Shown piece by piece: positions 58,124 through 64,000 of a DNA stretch of 64,000 nucleotides. The notes beneath the pieces were generated by a model. It worked only from the letters and a program-made list of their open reading frames with translations, had not been told where the DNA came from and did not search any database. Source of the stretch: Chrysomallon squamiferum. Its lineage: Eukaryota; Animalia; Mollusca. The stretch's first letter is position 1; the number at the start of each line of letters is the position of its first letter. The DNA lies in assembly GCA_012295275.1 (NCBI GenBank), contig CM022666.1, forward strand, positions 8,928,001-8,992,000, read 5' to 3'. The translations under genes and the position numbers were made by a program.

Positions 58124-60897
58124 AGGTTTAGTAAGTTTTCTATGGTCCTCATTTTAACAAGAAAAAGACAGACAATCCCTGTGTCATGTGGCTCAGGAAA
58201 AAATTTATTTCCTTATTTATCTTTCATAAATTTTCATTTAAATGTGTTTTCAGAAATAATTAAAATACATTGACAGCTTATGAAATTATGATATAAAGAC
58301 ACAAAAAAAAGAAAGAAAAAAGAAGTTTATATTGAAATAAGATTAAATATTGCATCAGAATCAATTTAACAAATAAAAAAATATGTCTTTCTAAATTAAG
58401 ATGTCATTCATAAAGCACACACAGTTTGTTATATTTACATGAAAGGATTAAATATCTCAAATGTCATCACATTAGCACACCTATACTGTACATCTGAACA
58501 CCACAGTTTATTTTGTACATTTAAACATCACTACACCTCCATGTAAATATTGTGCAAACTGAAACATAATAGTTAACTTCAAACATGGATTCTTTAAATC
58601 TGAACAACTTATATGACATTATTTTATGTATTTGAACATTATAAATTTAATACTGCAGTGTTTTTTAAAAGTATTTATTATAATATCTCTATTCTGCCAG
58701 CAAATCCTATCCCTACACTGGCTCATCCTTTATTACAGAATCTTACAATTCCACCATTTGTATTTAACTTACTTCATTCCTTCCCACATGTATGTATTTT
58801 ATGATGTACCTCTGTATTCTGTAATCATGGACATATCTATGGAAAATGGTGTCTTGTGACTAGCACTGAAATTGCACCCTTGTCCAAACATCTGACATCC
58901 ATTTTTCAGATAACTTTACCATACAATTAGCTTAAAAAGCCAGTCAAGTTTAATAAAAGTTCTCAGTGGCACCCAGGAAAATGCCCCATACTTGGCATAC
59001 TTAGATATGTCACTGTCTTTGACCTCTGAATTAGGTAATCTTTGAGAAGAGTAAGGGGTTGTAGTAAAAAACAGCCGGATTAACGAATAAAATGCTAAAC
59101 TTCCTTAATATTACATGTTTTTATCACATAAATAAATAAAACAGAGGTGAACATTGAATTCTGTATCTACATAAATGACCCCACCTGCTAAAACTTGTGT
59201 TCTGAGTTTTCAAATTAAATTAATTTTTACAGATTTCAAAAGAGAATTCATATTCTTTTTCAAATGGTATACAAAATAAATAAAACTGCCTACTGATGAT
59301 TTACAAGTACTGGTAATTCAATTTTAAATAGTAAATGCAGAAAATTATATTCTAGAAATTGGCTAAATATAATCTTGTTTTAAAAAGTAACAACAGAAGG
59401 TAGGGGTAGGTTCTTTTTGTGTATATGTGTGTGTAATGAGAAAATGACATTTTAGAGAAATTAATCTTGAATAGAAAATCAGCATAAGCTAATTAAATTG
59501 AAATTATTATTTTTATTTTTTTAAATTAGTAATTTTTACTTTGATACTATCTATTTATATTGGGCCTAATATCAGTGCAATCAGTTTTAGCAGGTAGGAA
59601 CACATATAAATGAAAACACAAAAACATAATCTTAAAAATCTGGATGTCCACATTACGTATGATTAATTACACACCATGTAAATAAGTGATGTTAAGATAA
59701 TCTAAAAATCCGGATATTCACATTATGTTCAGTTATCAGAGTATGTGAAAAACCACATATTCATACTAGTTACAAATTTATCTACATATTAAAACATACT
59801 AGCCAAGGTCTATATTAAATGTAATTAGTTAAATATAAATGTGTGTGTGTGTGTATGAAAAAATAAAATAATATTAGTAACAATAATCCAATTATAAATA
59901 ATACTATAAATTCAATATTTTTATTTTTATTTTTTATTTTAAACGTTACCCAAGTTGTCTCCTAATGTTTACAGCAAGATAAGTATTTTCATTTATACAG
60001 TTTATTTAGTTCATTTTAGTAATGAAATTTCTTTCTTTCTTTCTTTCATTTCTTTTTCTTTATTTTTTTAAAATTATTTCATTTCATTTCATACTATAAC
60101 TTTTTCTTATTTATTTTTTTTCAATTTTTTCTATTAAATGATTACATTTTTGCATCTGAGAGAAAACTTTAAAAAAAGGAAATATTCAAACTATGCTATG
60201 TATGAATGTCATTAAAATGTTAGTGCTAGTAAATTTTACTTAACTTTTTTTTATTATTATTTTTTTAAACTTGCAGTGTGGTAATTTATCAGTTAATATT
60301 TGGTCCCATTGTTCCAAATGTCCTTAATAGAACCATATATATATATACACACACACAAACATACACATATATATTTTTAAATTAGTTTTCCCTCTGAATT
60401 AGGAGTTTCTTAACAATAAATAAAATAATAAATATTTGAACAAAAGGAGGTATTCAGCTCTTTAAAGCTATAAATTATGAACATTGTAAATTCTAAATGT
60501 TGGTAATAAAAAGACAGGGTGGGGGAAATAATCAAAACAATAACACTGACGATTTCAATACTGCAGAAACGTCAATACTGAAATTTAATTTTAAGTTTTA
60601 CTGTAAAAAAATCTGTTTATTTTTTAAAATATTCTATTAATCTTTAATTATCTGAAATTGTTGATGCTAAAAAAAATAACTTTTTTTTTTTTTTTTTACC
60701 TTAAATAATTTAAATAAAACCCAAAACAACCCAACTATACAAAACATAAAATCACAGTTAACTTTCTTCGATTAAATGTTTTACACAACCGACAACAGGC
60801 AATGCTAAATTACATAACAGAACAACAACAAGATATAGAAAAATGTAAGAAAACAAACAAACAAAAAGAATAAAAAATTTGTCTACGCAACCAAGCT

Positions 60898-62154
60898 TTA
60901 ACTTGATTTCAAATGTCCATTTGTATGTTCATGGGACAGAAACTTCCCATTTGCAACTCCATTGCCACTTTTCCCTGTGTTATTTTCATCAATTTCTTTC
61001 ACAGCACCATGGTCTGGTGAAGTTAAGAACATTCGGTCCTCTATAATGTTTTCCTTTGAATAGGCTCTCCACACTGGAAGATTTTGAGCAATCAAAACAA
61101 AGAGTTTGCCAAGAGTCTGTATGAGAATGGTTTGGTGAAAGATAGCAAACAGGCGGTAATAGGGTCCATGAAACGGATCTGATATCGCAGGACACAGCAT
61201 ATTGTTTAGATTCACTTTAGATGCCTAGGAAAAATAATCAAAAAATTAAATTAAATAAAGCAACAAAAACAACAGCAACAACAACACTAACAATAATATC
61301 AATAGCAAACTGTAATATAATAATAATAATCAAGACTGCTTTACTTACCATTGTCTAGAGAAGTGTACACATCATACTAAAATTTGAAGTGGATTTGAGT
61401 GAACTTTCATAAGTAGTATTTGAAGTGTAATAAAATTGAGAAGTGTAATGACGTTCATTTACCTGAGAAAGAATTTGAAGTGGAATAAAGTGTATTTAAT
61501 ACATCAACAATATGAAGTATAATGAATTTACCATAGCTAGAACTATAAATTAACGAAGTGTACTTACCATAACCAGACCTTGAAGTGTAATGAAATAGAC
61601 TTATAGCAAGGTTTTAAAATAGACTGAAGTTTACTTACCACAGCAAGGATTTGAAGTGGAATGAAGTGTACTTACCACAGCAAGGATTTGAAGTGGAATG
61701 AAGTGTACTTACCACAGCAAGGATTTGAAGTGGAATGAAGTGGTAAAGGTACAGAATACCCAGAGACATTGACGACCAGCTGAAGTCAAGTAAATCTTCT
61801 GGAATGTACACACCTGTAAAAACATTTTAAATGTTTCTTAATTTTGCTTGTTTTCAACAAAGAGAAATATGCAATACACTTTTCAGCAATAGCTGCAATG
61901 TCCAATGTGCATAATAAAACATGTCACAGATTTTGATAAACAAGGGAACTGGACAAGACAGGAAACAGCCCAGTGAATGAACATGTAAAAAAATGTATCT
62001 TATTGATTGTTAATCATTTATAATGAAAGAAAACAACTATTTGACAAATACCCTGTATAATTTTCATGAGGATGTAGTTTTGTTATCTCAAACATACATT
62101 CATACATATAGTTGTATGTGTGTATGTATGCATGTGAGTGTATATGTATGTATA

Positions 62155-62214
<60 letters not shown>

Positions 62215-62799
62215 CATACATACATACATACATACATACATACATACATACACATATATATATAAATACATACACACATACATATAATAAATAACTGAAT
62301 ATATAAAAACAACAACAACAATAAATAATGATACTGATGATGATGATGATAAATAAATAATAAATTAAAATAGAGTATATTATGTGTCTACTGTATCTTT
62401 TATACTAACATATAAAATAACATCTCCAGGGAATAAATAACTTGCATTATCTTATTACATATTAAATGATTAATAATAATAATAATAAAAACAAACTGTA
62501 ATAAAATTTAAAATATCAAAGAAAAAAGGTTTTAAAACATATCAAAAGAGAATATTTTATTTTTCAAAATCTTTTACTAAAATGTAATTTAATAAGTGTC
62601 AAAATATATTTAAAAAAATACTACGTCACTCACTGACACATGCTTTAGCATATATTCATAATATTCCTAACGAGTATATTTATATTCAGTCTGTTCTGAC
62701 ATTAGGTCAGAGAAACCGTATTAAAATGTAACACAGCAATTCAGTTACATTTGAGAAAGAGCACAGTATTTTTTCTCTTTTGTTGTCTTGATTACTTAC

Positions 62800-62832
<33 letters not shown>

Positions 62833-63860
62833 TTAGAGCGAGAGAGAGAGAGAGAGAATAATACATATGCATAAATTAGTTTTAAAAATTTCCTGTTAGT
62901 TAAATTAAAATGGAAATTTGAAGTCACACACACATACTTAATCACATATAATTTATCACAAAACAGCTTTGAAATTATTTTAAACATTACAATAATACAG
63001 GTACAGGTAGTATACAGGCTTACAAAATAATAATAAAAATAAATAATAAAAACAGCTAATGACTTTAAGTGCAGGTCAATATTTTTAACTGTGTTAATGA
63101 TTATTGCAAACTAAAAATAAGTGATTGATACAAAATTAATAAGCTGGGTTTAAGTCAAATGCTAGAATGATAAATCATTTTTAATAGATTTTTGATGTTG
63201 GTTACAATATATTGTTTGTCACAGCAGATACTCACTATAGTAATAATAATTTTAATAGTAAGAAGGAGGAGGAGAAGAAATAGATAACAGTAAAAGATAT
63301 TATTGTTAAATTATTTATTTGTCAATATACAACGTTATAACAATAGTAAAAAAAAGAAGAAATAACTGGATAGCTGTAGTATAAGTAGTGGTGGAAGTAG
63401 TAGCAGAAGTAATGGACATAGTAGTAGTAAAAGTAAGACACCCCAGCATAAAAATAAAAATGGCTCTGTGGATCATTTAAGGGTAAATAACATAGTGGCA
63501 GTAATAGCAGTTGTAATAGTAGTAGTAGTAGTAGTAGGAAGAGGAGTGTTAAATAATAATAATAATAATAATAATAAAAATTAAATAAATAAATATATAA
63601 ATATATAAATAAACAAAACAAAACCAGTTAAAAAAATAAAAATAAATAAATTAAAGTTCAGTAAAATAAAGTATTAAAAAATAACCAATTTTAATAATAA
63701 ATATTATCCAGGCACCACTTCAAAATAAGATGAAATAAAAGAAAGGTGTAATGTTTATTTAAAAAAATATGTTTCACTTACTTCCTGATTTCATGAGGTA
63801 AAACGGAACAACTAACATCAGTATGTGCTGAATGTAATAAACCTCTGTCTCCATTGGCAA
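60898..63860 (-). CDS. TMEM164: Transmembrane protein 164, last three coding exons (5' part beyond the window): 63860-63782, 61813-61713, 61224-60898
   Basis: [26 protein letters not shown]|[34 protein letters not shown]|[25 protein letters not shown]. The [15 protein letters not shown] and EVYYIQH motifs are characteristic, and intron phases are consistent. Confidence 0.92.
61341..61743. repeat. 37 bp tandem repeat built from the TMEM164 exon 3' end plus splice donor
   Basis: ACTTACCACAGCAAGGATTTGAAGTGGAATGAAGTG(T) occurs at 61633, 61670 and 61707; the last copy is the real exon/intron junction. Increasingly decayed copies extend to ~61341. Confidence 0.9.
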
Positions 63861-64000
63861 CTGAAAAATGTAAATAATAATATATGTATAAATAACAGTT
63901 ATAATATAAATAAATAACATTAATAATAATATAAATAAATAACAGTAATAACATAAAAAATAACAGCTATGATAATATAAATAAATAACAGTAATAATAA

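Noticed and set aside
60989-61195. Overlapping alternate-frame ORF in the TMEM164 last exon
   Set aside because: The alternative donors reach stops before this ORF begins, and it has no recognisable homology.
61633-61743. CRISPR-like appearance of the 37 bp repeats (also 12900-13556)
   Set aside because: Head-to-tail units without unique spacers, eukaryotic context, no cas genes.

Overview
AT-rich, microsatellite-dense, intron-containing animal genomic DNA. It looks like an invertebrate and probably a mollusc, but that is an inference from the protein and repeat styles. Most ORFs in the supplied track are microsatellite or intron artefacts. Splicing by hand on GT-AG junctions gives six genes: a GT10 alpha-1,3-fucosyltransferase (+, 2 coding exons), CDC16/APC6 (-, 17 exons, ~637 aa), AKAP14-like (+, 4 exons, head-to-head with CDC16), CFAP97D2-like (-, 5 exons), PANK4 (-, 16 exons, ~771 aa) and the last three exons of TMEM164 (-). 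The window also holds a decayed DD34E Tc1 transposon with TIRs and TA flanks, a decayed tRNA-type SINE and several minisatellites. Five things merit a second look: (1) a candidate minus-strand type II membrane protein gene whose ~9.9 kb intron would contain the fucosyltransferase antisense; (2) exon ends with their splice donors, and one stop codon, repeatedly amplified into tandem arrays; (3) a PANK4 that keeps the kinase residues lost in human PANK4; (4) RFX X-box plus CCAAT motifs at both cilia genes; (5) possible ancient CDC16-AKAP14-CFAP97D2-TMEM164 linkage. I cannot support a clearly new multi-gene system from the sequence alone.
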